From a virus, in IMG/VR virus record IMGVR_UViG_3300012949_000001: a stretch of 64,000 bases of DNA; one strand, written 5' to 3'. This document shows positions 40,060-49,889 of this stretch, in pieces (position 1 is the first letter of the stretch; every line of letters begins with the position of its first letter). Made by a program: the position numbers and the translations under genes. Below the pieces are notes generated by a model. That model ran no database searches and was not told where the DNA came from. It saw only the letters and a program-made list of their open reading frames with translations.

Positions 40060-41829
40060 CTACCACATTCTACGACCGCCATAATTGCTTCGTTTAAGAC
40101 CAGCGGCTCTAGATCCCCATGTACCACCACTGGCGGGGCTCCTGTACCCTAATGGTACTTTTACCATTGTAGGTCTGTCACCAGGTAATTCTGTAGGATC
40201 ATATTCTAATACCTTCTTAAAATCAGAAGAAAGATTTGTTTGAATAGAGTTAAACATTTTGGTCAGACCTGCACCGCCAAGTTGTACTCCAGTAAACTCT
40301 ATTATTGTGCTAGACTCTGGCATCTTTATTGTCTTCGTAAGCTCTGGGAATTCTAATACGAATGCCAGATAAGCTAAACCAAGAGCATCTACAAAGTGTT
40401 CGTTTTCCTTAGAGAATACAGGGTCTCCAGATGCATTTATTCTTTCTACTTCATAATCGATAAGCTGTTTATGTAATACTTCATCGAATGGCGAAAGTAT
40501 TATCTTTTCTCTTTCAAATGCTATCTGTAATTGAGTAACCATAAACGGCTTAAGAGGCTCTTTGGTCTTTTCGAATGTTATAGGGTCTGTAACTTCAATT
40601 GAGTTTTTAAACTGCCAACCTTTAACCTTATTCTTCAGATTGGTTGCCGGTCTTTCATCTCCGATAATATGGAGACGCTCTATTTGATATTCTCCAGAAC
40701 CTCTGTCACAATAAATCCAGGAAGGATTATATTGTTCATTAAGCTCAACGATTGTATTAACAGCATTATCGTATGAGTACTCGCCTCTTGGTACTTCTAC
40801 TCTCTTTATTACCTTGAATTTGTTTTTATTTATATCAAAATCCAAAATAATGATTGAAGAAGATGCTCCATATTTATCCCAGTCAACTCCCATAGTTCTG
40901 AAAGGGTTCATTGGAGCAAGTTGTCCAGAAGGATAAATGTACATCTTTGGATGCAGATTATTTTGTTTACATTTTTCAAGCTGATAATAATCAAGCTCAT
41001 TATATGCATATAACTCATGTGTTGTCGCTAAGTCTACTTTTGCTTTATTGAATACACCAGTGTCCTGTGTACCGAACTCTGCAAGAATTTCATGTACATA
41101 ACCTTGTTCTGATAACTGAGCTCTAAACTCTGCTTCCATTTCAGGTCCCCAGTTAGGGTTATGAGTAGAAGGATGATAATGCTCAGTATAGCCCATTGCT
41201 TTATTTGTACATGCTTCATAGAACTTAGAACGTCTACCTGTAGGGGTTGATGACATGAAGATACCGATATCGCTACGCTCTGCAGCAATAGTTGTAACAG
41301 TATCAAAGTCGGCATCACTCATATAGTCAACCTCGTCCATGTAAATATAGTCAGCTTTCTGACCGCGGATTGAGGCACCGCCAGAACCAGATGCGGCACC
41401 AGTAGTAAAGCCTAAGATAGCAGATCCATTTTTGAATACAATCTGATATGGATTACTAGTCATCTTTACTACTTCTCTCTTGATAAGAGGAGAAGCATCT
41501 ATAAGTTCTCTTAATCTCATGAATATGAGACGAACCTGGTTCTCATATGGTGTAACTACAAGACAACGATAGTTTGGATGTGTATTTGTTCTATGTAGAG
41601 CATCGATACACATGGTCTCTGTTTTACCAGTACGTCTTCCGCATCGTGCAACTTTCTTTAATGATTTGTCACGAAGCATTTCTTTCTGATACCATCTGGC
41701 AATCCATGGGCCATATGCTTTCTTTACACTATCGTATGTAACAACAAATAATTGAGCCCACTTGACGGGATCTTCCATTATCTCTTTTACTTTTTTAGCT
41801 TCAATCGGAGAAAGTTTCTTCGCACTCAT
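40060..41829 (-). CDS. terL: Terminase large subunit
   Basis: Walker A GRRTGKT, Walker B YIYMDEVD, coupling motif STPTG, nuclease GVDWD and HFVDALGLA. Confidence 0.92.
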   Translation of the reverse strand: MSAKKLSPIEAKKVKEIMEDPVKWAQLFVVTYDSVKKAYGPWIARWYQKEMLRDKSLKKVARCGRRTGKTETMCIDALHRTNTHPNYRCLVVTPYENQVRLIFMRLRELIDASPLIKREVVKMTSNPYQIVFKNGSAILGFTTGAASGSGGASIRGQKADYIYMDEVDYMSDADFDTVTTIAAERSDIGIFMSSTPTGRRSKFYEACTNKAMGYTEHYHPSTHNPNWGPEMEAEFRAQLSEQGYVHEILAEFGTQDTGVFNKAKVDLATTHELYAYNELDYYQLEKCKQNNLHPKMYIYPSGQLAPMNPFRTMGVDWDKYGASSSIIILDFDINKNKFKVIKRVEVPRGEYSYDNAVNTIVELNEQYNPSWIYCDRGSGEYQIERLHIIGDERPATNLKNKVKGWQFKNSIEVTDPITFEKTKEPLKPFMVTQLQIAFEREKIILSPFDEVLHKQLIDYEVERINASGDPVFSKENEHFVDALGLAYLAFVLEFPELTKTIKMPESSTIIEFTGVQLGGAGLTKMFNSIQTNLSSDFKKVLEYDPTELPGDRPTMVKVPLGYRSPASGGTWGSRAAGLKRSNYGGRRMW

Positions 41830-41886
41830 TAACTTATCAGTCCTCCTTGTTGATAGAGGCCGGTTTTGAAGCCGACCTCTAAAGAA

Positions 41887-42243
41887 TTAATAATTAATGC
41901 TGACAATACCTTCTCCTACTTTGAAATCTGTATCACTAGCTTTATCGGCCAGAATATACATTTCTTCAGCAAGTCGATCCTGTATCTCTTCGAAGAAAAG
42001 ATTAGCTGCTTCAGCTGCTGCCTGCAGGTTTTCAGTTCCATCGAATTTCACTTTTACTTTAAATCCGGTTCTTATCTTCTTCTCAAATTGAACAGCGAAG
42101 TTTGGAGGATATACCTTTTCAAAAGAGATAACAGGTTCGCCAAGTTCATCGAGTAATTTATTTTCCTGAGGAGTAAAGTTGATTGTCTCCAGCTCCACAA
42201 CGATTACTTTTTTCTGAATAGATTTCTTATATTTTAATTGCAT
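41887..42243 (-). CDS. Hypothetical protein, paralogue of 42276..42749
   Basis: FTPQENKLLDELGEPVISF vs ITPQEEQELVENFGNPIISI. Confidence 0.7.
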   Translation of the reverse strand: MQLKYKKSIQKKVIVVELETINFTPQENKLLDELGEPVISFEKVYPPNFAVQFEKKIRTGFKVKVKFDGTENLQAAAEAANLFFEEIQDRLAEEMYILADKASDTDFKVGEGIVSINY

Positions 42244-42275
42244 TATATGAATCTCCTTTCAGTCAAATGATTAAT

Positions 42276-42749
42276 TTATATAACAAAAAATTCTGGAGTA
42301 TCTTTGTCAAAGTAACTGATATTCACTCTTAATTTGTTAATAGCTTGAGTTAATATTTCTTTTATCTTTGTCTCAAACAATAAGCATTTGGCTTCTGCTA
42401 CTAAAGCCGCAGTTGTTAAGTAGGTATTGTTTTCATATTCAGTCTTAGGCAGCTTCTTTGCATCAATTGTATATGTTATTTCAAATTTTTCATCGAGAAT
42501 CATTTTGGTGCTATTAAGAACAAATCTTACTTCATCGCCGTCTTCATCTTCGATAAACTCTTTTGTATCTGTATCGTATTTATATTTACCAACATATTGT
42601 TCTCCGCCAATACTTATGATTGGATTACCAAAGTTCTCAACCAATTCTTGTTCTTCTTGAGGTGTAATATATTCGCCACCGTAAGAAACAAATTTGATTT
42701 TGGTTGTGAACACAAGATTAGAAAGATCTCTTTCATTCTTAAAGTTCAT
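42276..42749 (-). CDS. Hypothetical protein, paralogue of 41887..42243
   Basis: Shared TPQE..L..GxPxIS and AExxxxxFE motifs. Confidence 0.7.
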   Translation of the reverse strand: MNFKNERDLSNLVFTTKIKFVSYGGEYITPQEEQELVENFGNPIISIGGEQYVGKYKYDTDTKEFIEDEDGDEVRFVLNSTKMILDEKFEITYTIDAKKLPKTEYENNTYLTTAALVAEAKCLLFETKIKEILTQAINKLRVNISYFDKDTPEFFVI

Positions 42750-42796
42750 ATTGATTCTCCTTTTATGAAAATTTACACCGTTCTATTATTCATACA

Positions 42797-43852
42797 TTAA
42801 AATGGTTGCTGTCCATATAATTGAGAATTTGACATCTGGCCTTTAGATTCGCTTAGTTTATTTACAAGCCATGCTGTCATACCGACACCTGCAGCAGTCT
42901 GAGGGATCTTATAATAGTTTATATAATCAAACGCATTAGCATTTGAAGCACGATTATGTAGGCCAGCACTCAAAGCAGATCTTATGTCGGCTTCAGATTG
43001 TAATCTGTCTGCAGGAGTATTTGTAAGTTGTGACACATAATTACGGAATTCATCCATGTCTGAATATCCTTTTCTTATTGTGTCATAATCATATTTTGAA
43101 GCTTCCCTTTTCATTATGTAATCGTACACACTTTGATTTTTAGCGGCTTTTCTAATGCTTGCAGAAGTAACATCATTACCTGTGCTTACAGAATCCGTTA
43201 CTGCTTCTGCAGTAGCTGCAGCTCGATTGTTTATTCTTTGCTGATATGAATATGAATTGTCTATTATATTCCTGATTTCGTTTTTCTGTGCACTATAAAT
43301 ATTAAGACTTTCTGCAGATAATGACCCTTGACTTCTTAGTTCTCTAATTGCTCCGGCTAACTCGTCGTCTGTATATCTGTTTGCAAAATCAGGAGTAAAT
43401 TTCTTAAGGTTTTCAACCTGTTCATCGACAGAGAATAAGCTTCTGTCCCAATTCATATTTTGATAGTCCTTAAGTCTTGCTTGATATTCTGGAGTAGAAA
43501 ATCTACGTTGTGCTTCTAATTTTCTACGAAGATCATCTTTACCCGTAATTTTACTTATCTCTGCTGCTTTCTCGTCGAGATCAATAGCCGCTTCTATATC
43601 ATTGATACGTTTTCGTACTCTTAAGTCTGTAGTATATATATCATCAATATATTTTCTTGCAACATCATCAGCTTTCCCATTTCCAGCCTTCCTAAGATAA
43701 TCAGAAAATCTTTTACTTAGTAACTCAACTTCTTCTTCAGCTAAATCATCTAATTTTGTAGCTCCTTCTTTTACAGTTTTAAAAAGTGCTTTCGATTTAT
43801 ATTTTGGTACTTCTTCCAGGACTTCTTTAAGAGCCTTATGTATTGATGCCAC
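42797..43852 (-). CDS. Hypothetical helical protein with C-terminal hydrophobic segment
   Basis: ORF track; ends IPQTAAGVGMTAWLV... Confidence 0.65.
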   Translation of the reverse strand: MASIHKALKEVLEEVPKYKSKALFKTVKEGATKLDDLAEEEVELLSKRFSDYLRKAGNGKADDVARKYIDDIYTTDLRVRKRINDIEAAIDLDEKAAEISKITGKDDLRRKLEAQRRFSTPEYQARLKDYQNMNWDRSLFSVDEQVENLKKFTPDFANRYTDDELAGAIRELRSQGSLSAESLNIYSAQKNEIRNIIDNSYSYQQRINNRAAATAEAVTDSVSTGNDVTSASIRKAAKNQSVYDYIMKREASKYDYDTIRKGYSDMDEFRNYVSQLTNTPADRLQSEADIRSALSAGLHNRASNANAFDYINYYKIPQTAAGVGMTAWLVNKLSESKGQMSNSQLYGQQPF

Positions 43853-43867
43853 TTATATCACCTCACT

Positions 43868-44317
43868 TTACATATGTAGATATTGTGCTTCATTACCAAG
43901 CATTGTTTGTTGCAAGTTATACTTAGCTGCTTTTGCTAATTGCATTCCTGCCTGTCTCATTGTGTATGCTTGAGGTGTATCATTAAATCTTGCATTCTGG
44001 AATGGAATATTTCTGCTGTTATATGCCATAGATCTTGCTTGCTGATTTATTCCTTCCCAGGCCCTTACTCCTAATCTGGGCAATTGTATTGCTGCCTGTA
44101 CTCCTAAGTATCCGAAGCCTAACATTTCACTTACTACGGCTTCACCAACGGCTCTTGCTGTAGCTCCAAGTACAGTTGAACCTTCAGCTCTTGCTTCTCT
44201 ATATTCCTTAACACCAAAGTATACGTCCAGACCCACACCAAAAAGAGTTCCTACCCCTAATGATTTTAAGGCCTTACCGTCCATTATATCTCCAACAAGT
44301 TTTGTCCCAGCACCCAT
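43868..44317 (-). CDS. Gly/Ala-rich small protein (possible ejection protein)
   Basis: ORF track; amphipathic Gly-rich helices. Confidence 0.6.
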   Translation of the reverse strand: MGAGTKLVGDIMDGKALKSLGVGTLFGVGLDVYFGVKEYREARAEGSTVLGATARAVGEAVVSEMLGFGYLGVQAAIQLPRLGVRAWEGINQQARSMAYNSRNIPFQNARFNDTPQAYTMRQAGMQLAKAAKYNLQQTMLGNEAQYLHM

Positions 44318-44321
44318 TTAA

Positions 44322-45203
44322 TTACCCCCTTCTGTTAGCATTAAGAGCAAACACGAGATCTCCTGTTGCTCCTGCATTGTTAAGATATGAAGAAGCTCTT
44401 GGGGCCGGTCTTGTTATTTGACCGTCCATTTGTCCCATACGAATACGATTCATTTCGTTAAATGCTCCAGATAATCCTGCAGCTATCGCTCCACCAGCTA
44501 TTAATAATTTACCGTTAAATATTGAACCTGCTACAGTCTGAACTGGTTTACTTCCGGCAGCATATCTTCCTACAGCTCCAGCTTTCTCAAGAAAACCACT
44601 TGCATTTCTAATAGACTCTATTCCTTCTTTTAGAGACATTCCTGCTTTAAATCCTGCTTTTGCTCCGCTTATAGGCCCAGTTATCTTAACTGAACGTAAT
44701 AAGTCCATACCGGTTTTGGTTGTGTCCCAATCAACTAACATGGATGCAAACCCTGCAAAAGCTCCACTTGCATTTCTCATTAAAGGAGAGCCTACATTAT
44801 TGGCAAAGCTCATTCCAACTCTTGCAGTATTGAGTGCAGCAGAAGGAGCTTTCATTACAAGAGAACCTATACCTCTTGTAGCAGCAAGACCGGCATCTAT
44901 TCCTATTCTTGTGGCAAGTCCAAGAGTAGGTAATGCAACAGCACCTATAGCAGCACCAATAACTGCACCCTCTGCAATCATATCTCCTTCCATTTGTGAA
45001 CCTATGACTGCACCTGTTGCAGCACCTGCTGTCATAAGACCTCCTGCAGTCATAAGTCCACTAAAACTTAATCCCCTACCTGCCCCATGGAAAGTAGAGG
45101 TTAAGGCATCAAAAGGAGATTTGTCTATAAATGATTGAGGACTAAAACCTAATTTAAAAGCATTATATATATTTTTTGCCGCATCAGTGCCTGGAATCTT
45201 CAT
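44322..45203 (-). CDS. Glycine-zipper protein (possible ejection/membrane protein)
   Basis: GAATGAVIG...GAVIGAAIGAVA GxxxG repeats. Confidence 0.6.
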   Translation of the reverse strand: MKIPGTDAAKNIYNAFKLGFSPQSFIDKSPFDALTSTFHGAGRGLSFSGLMTAGGLMTAGAATGAVIGSQMEGDMIAEGAVIGAAIGAVALPTLGLATRIGIDAGLAATRGIGSLVMKAPSAALNTARVGMSFANNVGSPLMRNASGAFAGFASMLVDWDTTKTGMDLLRSVKITGPISGAKAGFKAGMSLKEGIESIRNASGFLEKAGAVGRYAAGSKPVQTVAGSIFNGKLLIAGGAIAAGLSGAFNEMNRIRMGQMDGQITRPAPRASSYLNNAGATGDLVFALNANRRG

Positions 45204-45409
45204 TCAATCACATCCACAAATTCAAAATCTATACTATCTCTGAACTCTTCTCGATTACATAATGCAATCATCCTTTTATAAAAAGTGCGTAGACAATTAT
45301 CTTTTTTAATACGTTTTATAGGAGCAAAGATTGCAATATCTTGATCAACACATATTGCTATATAATTTTTGTTATTAAACTGAATCTTATCTCCTTTTTG
45401 AAATATCAT
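45200..45409 (-). CDS. Hypothetical protein, 69 aa
   Basis: ORF track; RBS AGGAGG; 4-nt overlap with the next gene. Confidence 0.6.
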   Translation of the reverse strand: MIFQKGDKIQFNNKNYIAICVDQDIAIFAPIKRIKKDNCLRTFYKRMIALCNREEFRDSIDFEFVDVIE

Positions 45410-45421
45410 AACGTCCTCCTA

Positions 45422-45817
45422 TTATATGAATGGAATACCAATCAGATTTGTATTGCCATGCCTATCTTTATATATTCCGCCACCGGAAAGTACACGCCCT
45501 GCTGCTGATACGCCAATATATGAACCTGCTATCTTACCCCAGTCTAATTGTTTAGTAGCCTGTTTTGCAGCTTCCTGTGTTCCTTCAGCTACCATATCTG
45601 CAGCAACTTTCTTTCCAAATGTATCATAGAAAACATCAGATATACTTCCGCCCTTCTTTGTAATTAACTTGGCTGCAAATTCTCCGCCACCAAGTAAGCT
45701 ATTAGCTATTCTATTGATGGGCTCGTTAGCAGTATTAATAGCCTGACCTGTTGCAAGTTTCTCCATCATCTTTGAGAAAGCATCAGCTGCTTCATTAAAT
45801 ACCTTTCCCATATACAA
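45422..45817 (-). CDS. Gly/Ala-rich small protein
   Basis: ORF track; C-terminal GSYIGVSAAGRVLSGGGIY. Confidence 0.6.
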   Translation of the reverse strand: MYMGKVFNEAADAFSKMMEKLATGQAINTANEPINRIANSLLGGGEFAAKLITKKGGSISDVFYDTFGKKVAADMVAEGTQEAAKQATKQLDWGKIAGSYIGVSAAGRVLSGGGIYKDRHGNTNLIGIPFI

Positions 45818-45826
45818 CTCTCCTTT

Positions 45827-46522
45827 CTAAATGACACTTGCCAATATCTCTGTCATGAAATGTGTATCACTATATAATCCTCTTATGTTCTCTATCATAT
45901 TAACATCAACTATCTCACTCTTTGTTGAAGGAGCATGATGTATACTGAAAGCTCCATGACAATCTTCTCGTATAGTTGTCGACAAAGGAGTGCCAACAGC
46001 AATTATCTTTGTATCATTTGTCATTGCAGAGATATAACTTAATGCGTCTTGGTTTGACGATATTACATAGAAAACTTCATCTATGTATACATAGTCATAA
46101 CTCTTAAAATTTATTTCTCGATAATATGTCGTTATATAAATAGAAGAATCATTTGTGAAATATATCTCCCTACTGTTATTTCTTATCATGTATACTGTAT
46201 CCATTAGATTTGATGCGTTTAAACATGATTGCATCTTACGCGACACAAAAGATATGCTAGATTGAGTTGGCACGATTATTAAACACTTGGTTTTTGGTCT
46301 TCTTATTACATTAGCTATAGAATCCGCAATAACAAGACTTGTTTTCCCTATTGAACGGCCTCCTACAACCAATATTTTTTTAGAAGCATCGTTAAGTACT
46401 CTTCTTTGCTGTTCAGTAGGAATAAAATTAATCGGTTCTGTTAAACGCCAATCCGAGAAACGAATATTGTTTTCTATCCAATTTATATTATTTCTCGCTA
46501 AATATGCATTGGTTAAATTCAT
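45827..46522 (-). CDS. Stand-alone terminase-like ATPase domain (no nuclease domain)
   Basis: QQRRVL...VVGGRSIGKT (Walker A), YVYIDEVF (Walker B), GTP coupling-like motif, HHAPST and TEILA; parallels TerL residues 1-250. Confidence 0.7.
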   Translation of the reverse strand: MNLTNAYLARNNINWIENNIRFSDWRLTEPINFIPTEQQRRVLNDASKKILVVGGRSIGKTSLVIADSIANVIRRPKTKCLIIVPTQSSISFVSRKMQSCLNASNLMDTVYMIRNNSREIYFTNDSSIYITTYYREINFKSYDYVYIDEVFYVISSNQDALSYISAMTNDTKIIAVGTPLSTTIREDCHGAFSIHHAPSTKSEIVDVNMIENIRGLYSDTHFMTEILASVI

Positions 46523-47263
46523 TTATTTCCCCTCCTTAAATTGCTCAGGTGTTTCTTCAATAATAAAATCGTTCTCTGCTGCCTCAACAACTGTAGCAAT
46601 AATTTGATGAATACTTTGTGTATCATCAGCCTTATCCTTCTTCTTATCTCTTCTTGTTGCCATCATTAATTGATATATTTCATTACGACGCTTTTGTGCC
46701 CTTTCATATGCCTCCCAATACTTAGATACTTCTGGTCTATAAAATGGTTCACCTTCTTGTGATAATCCTGCTACCACATCTACAACAGGCACTCCTTCTT
46801 TAGCTATTAATGCTTTACATCTTTCAATCATAATATCAAGATTGATTATCTCAGCAACTAAATTACGATCTGTAAAGCTAGATTCGTCCAGGCCAAAATC
46901 TGTTGCATATCCCATATACCTACTCTCTATCTGTGCCGTCTCTATAGGACAATACTCTCCTACAGGAGCAAGATTATACGGTAGTAAATGACATGAATCC
47001 GAATAAGGACAATTATCTCCCTTACAAGATAACGGAACACGAGCATACATACCATGCTTAGTAGATAACATAGCCATAGCAGCTTTCTTTGCCTGTAACC
47101 CTAAGTCAGAATATCCCCATATGTTTTGATTCTTTATTGCATTCTCAAAATTAATTCTATTCTGTTCTGCCTCTGTTATTTCTGCAGACTTAACTGTATC
47201 ACATGGAAAATTTTCATCTCTTATCTCTTTCTCTTTTGCCATATTAATCTTCTTCACCTCCAT
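46523..47263 (-). CDS. Putative terminase small subunit-like protein
   Basis: 246 aa, Cys cluster CKGDNCPYSDSC...CP, helical body; position upstream of the packaging genes. Confidence 0.35.
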   Translation of the reverse strand: MEVKKINMAKEKEIRDENFPCDTVKSAEITEAEQNRINFENAIKNQNIWGYSDLGLQAKKAAMAMLSTKHGMYARVPLSCKGDNCPYSDSCHLLPYNLAPVGEYCPIETAQIESRYMGYATDFGLDESSFTDRNLVAEIINLDIMIERCKALIAKEGVPVVDVVAGLSQEGEPFYRPEVSKYWEAYERAQKRRNEIYQLMMATRRDKKKDKADDTQSIHQIIATVVEAAENDFIIEETPEQFKEGK

Positions 47264-47567
47264 ATATCTCTTTCTCTTTCTGTCTTATATACTCTTCATC
47301 GTATATAGTCTCTCCTCCATTAATATAGAAGCTACCTGCTACAAATGAGTACACTATGTTAAAATCTTCACTTCCAAAGGATTCTTGGTATACCGTAATA
47401 TCTCCAATATAATATCTTTCTGATTGAAGTGACTTTATCTCTTCAAAATAACGATGTGTTGCAAATTGCCCCACTATCGTAAGTATATTAGTTGTAATAT
47501 CAAGATGACGAGTAATACTCATCTTACCGTTTACAACTTTTTCGTTATTAACAACTATCTTTGCCAT
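47244..47567 (-). CDS. Hypothetical protein, 107 aa
   Basis: ORF track; RBS AAGGGGG. Confidence 0.65.
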   Translation of the reverse strand: MAKIVVNNEKVVNGKMSITRHLDITTNILTIVGQFATHRYFEEIKSLQSERYYIGDITVYQESFGSEDFNIVYSFVAGSFYINGGETIYDEEYIRQKEKEIYGGEED

Positions 47568-47708
47568 TATGTAATTCCCCCTTCTTATACTATCTCTCTA
47601 TAGTTATTACTACACGATTATCCATTATTTAATAAATTCATTATCATTTGCCAAAAATGGCAAACGAGCCATATATAGGATTGAAATCATATAAAAATAT
47701 ATAGCGGA

Positions 47709-47737
47709 TTTTCATTTATAAGACTTTTTCCTATAAT
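47709..47737 (+). promoter_or_regulatory. SigA-like promoter in divergent intergenic region
   Basis: TTTTCA-17 nt-TATAAT, upstream of the plus-strand gene cluster; strand switch at 47568-47903. Confidence 0.4.
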
Positions 47738-47903
47738 ACGATATTTTGCTATATAGAAATTTGCCGAATAGCGAAATCGAATTTGAGAAAAATTTTCTGG
47801 AGGGACCAGGTTGTATATTAAGAAGGTTGAACTCGGAATTTGAGCCCTGGGGGTGTCATTCCGAGCAACGTATTAAAAAGATAAATCAAAGGAGGAACAA
47901 AAG

Positions 47904-48221
47904 ATGGTAAGAATCAAAGAAATTATCAAAGAGTGTATCGAAGGGTGCACTGCACACAATGCAGATGAAAGGAGGATGCATTTCAACATCAATTATTATG
48001 TTAATGATGCAACAGGTAAAGGAACAAAACATTATTGCTTTGTTTACAAGGTTGTCGACCTTGAAGAAAACCTGTACAACATTATCAGGGACAATATCAG
48101 TAAAGACCACGATGTGGTCATTGCTGACATAACAATCAAATTGGACAATGACATCATCAGGGTAAACAAAAACAACTATCATTACTCTCTTAGTGGATTC
48201 ATGAAATGGTTAGTCTCATAA
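47904..48221 (+). CDS. Hypothetical protein, 105 aa
   Basis: RBS AAGGAGG. Confidence 0.7.
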   Translation: MVRIKEIIKECIEGCTAHNADERRMHFNINYYVNDATGKGTKHYCFVYKVVDLEENLYNIIRDNISKDHDVVIADITIKLDNDIIRVNKNNYHYSLSGFMKWLVS

Positions 48222-48242
48222 TAAAAAGAAGGAGGAATTTGC

Positions 48243-48788
48243 ATGTATGAATTTGTATTAGAAGAAAAGAAGCTTATAACTGACCCTTATATCAAGAAAA
48301 GAACAAAGGAGGAAGGCTTTGAACAGTTCTTGTACAGGTTTGTGTACGATGGCATTAAGGGTATCTTTGAGGATACTGGCTACAATGGTTTAAACCGTTA
48401 TCACTTAGCATGGGATGGATTACATGCTAACTATGATGAAATAACAGGAACAGAGAATTACTCTGACTTCTCTGAGAATGATCCTGCACATATTAAGCTA
48501 TTAGAAGAACTGTATAAAGTAAGTGGTATACGGGTACTGTCTGCAGAGTACTTTATGGAAAAGAAGAGAGAACCGTATAAAAAGATATTTGGTGATTTAG
48601 ACATTGATTTCACTATGCCTGTTAAGGGTGAAGTGATAATGCAACACATCGACATAATAGTAGCTTGCTTAACAAAAGCAGGTTATAAACCATGGATTAA
48701 AGAAAAGATTCTATTAAACCCTGATAATTTGTATACCCTATGGATTAGAGGCGAATTGTTTGGGTTCTATAAAACAAGAGAAAGGTAA
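48243..48788 (+). CDS. Hypothetical protein, 181 aa
   Basis: RBS AAGGAGG. Confidence 0.7.
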   Translation: MYEFVLEEKKLITDPYIKKRTKEEGFEQFLYRFVYDGIKGIFEDTGYNGLNRYHLAWDGLHANYDEITGTENYSDFSENDPAHIKLLEELYKVSGIRVLSAEYFMEKKREPYKKIFGDLDIDFTMPVKGEVIMQHIDIIVACLTKAGYKPWIKEKILLNPDNLYTLWIRGELFGFYKTRER

Positions 48789-48823
48789 TATAAAAACAAA
48801 TAATAACTTAGGAGGACAATATC

Positions 48824-49504
48824 ATGAAGAGCAAAATATTTTTATCACTAGTTGTATTGGGAACAGTTTTATATCTTACAATCTTTACAGCAATCGTTAC
48901 TAATATTGATACAGGTGTACAATCAGATCCTGTAGCATTGGCAGTTATATTGCCAGAAGAAGAACCAGAAGAGATTGCAGTGCAAGATATAGTTATTGAA
49001 GAAATTGTCATTGAAACAGTTGTTGAAGATAATCTTGTTTTTGTATCAGCAGAAGCACCAATAGCAGGCTTTGCCCTTGCAACACAGGACGCAATAGAAG
49101 CAGCCATTGAAGAGAAAGAAGAGGATGATCTTTATTGGCTTGCTAAAGTAATTCATTGTGAAGCTGGTGTTGACAACATGGCTGGAAAACTTGCTGTTGG
49201 CACTGTTGTGGTTAATAGAGCTGCACACTGGAACCGTAAGTTGTTTGGTGGACCTACTATCAAGGGAGTTGTTCTTCATAAACTTCCTGGTAGTAGTCTA
49301 CATCAATTCAGTTGTGTAGATGATGAGAACCTGTGGGCAGAAGAACCTTCTGAACAAGCTTATGAAGCTGCAAGGAAGGTTCTTAATGGTTATAGAACAT
49401 TCAATAAACATTACGTCTATTATTATAACCCTAAACTTAGTAGGGGAATAGACGGAATAGTTTGTAACTTAAAGATTGGTCAGCACCTGTTTGGTACTGA
49501 ATAG
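48824..49504 (+). CDS. Membrane-anchored SleB/CwlJ-like cell wall hydrolase (Hydrolase_2)
   Basis: N-terminal TM/signal, acidic linker, LAKVIHCEAG...KLAVGTVVVNR...HQFSCV...YYYNP...IGQHLFG. Confidence 0.85.
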   Translation: MKSKIFLSLVVLGTVLYLTIFTAIVTNIDTGVQSDPVALAVILPEEEPEEIAVQDIVIEEIVIETVVEDNLVFVSAEAPIAGFALATQDAIEAAIEEKEEDDLYWLAKVIHCEAGVDNMAGKLAVGTVVVNRAAHWNRKLFGGPTIKGVVLHKLPGSSLHQFSCVDDENLWAEEPSEQAYEAARKVLNGYRTFNKHYVYYYNPKLSRGIDGIVCNLKIGQHLFGTE

Positions 49505-49540
49505 TCTTTTAATATATATACAATCAAAGGAGGAAGTGAT

Positions 49541-49819
49541 ATGTTGGAAATAGTTCTTAACGACAACTTAAAAGAATTTGTTTTTGTTTGTGCTGAATGT
49601 GGTTACATAGTAGATTCATTTAAGGCATGTTCTTGTGGAAGTAAGCACTTAGTATTATGTGAGCTTATTGAAGAAAACCCTGTATGCATAAAAATAGCTG
49701 TTTCTAGTCCTGTCATGGCCAAGACATTATTGCATAAGAGAATAGTTCTTGGCATAACACATGTTGATAACAACTTGCCAGTGTTTACATTGCTCAAAGC
49801 AAGTGTGTTTAAGATTTAA
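49541..49819 (+). CDS. Zn-ribbon protein, 92 aa
   Basis: CAECG...CSCGS. Confidence 0.65.
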   Translation: MLEIVLNDNLKEFVFVCAECGYIVDSFKACSCGSKHLVLCELIEENPVCIKIAVSSPVMAKTLLHKRIVLGITHVDNNLPVFTLLKASVFKI

Positions 49820-49833
49820 AAGATAGTTAATAC

Positions 49834-49872
49834 AGAGGGCCATCTAAAACAGGTGGCCCTCTTAAAATTTGA
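49834..49872 (+). repeat. GAGGG/CCCTC hairpin element H1
   Basis: 12-bp stem AGAGGGCCATCT/AGGTGGCCCTCT, 5-nt loop, then TAAAATTTGA and RBS. Confidence 0.75.
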
Positions 49873-49889
49873 GAGGAGGTGAGAAAGAG

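Noticed and set aside
40060-41829. Intein or intron in terL
   Set aside because: The length (589 aa) and motif spacing are normal, with no intein-like insertion.
118-47308. Many short plus-strand ORFs in the track
   Set aside because: They are antisense shadows of long minus-strand genes and have no RBS or recognisable motifs.
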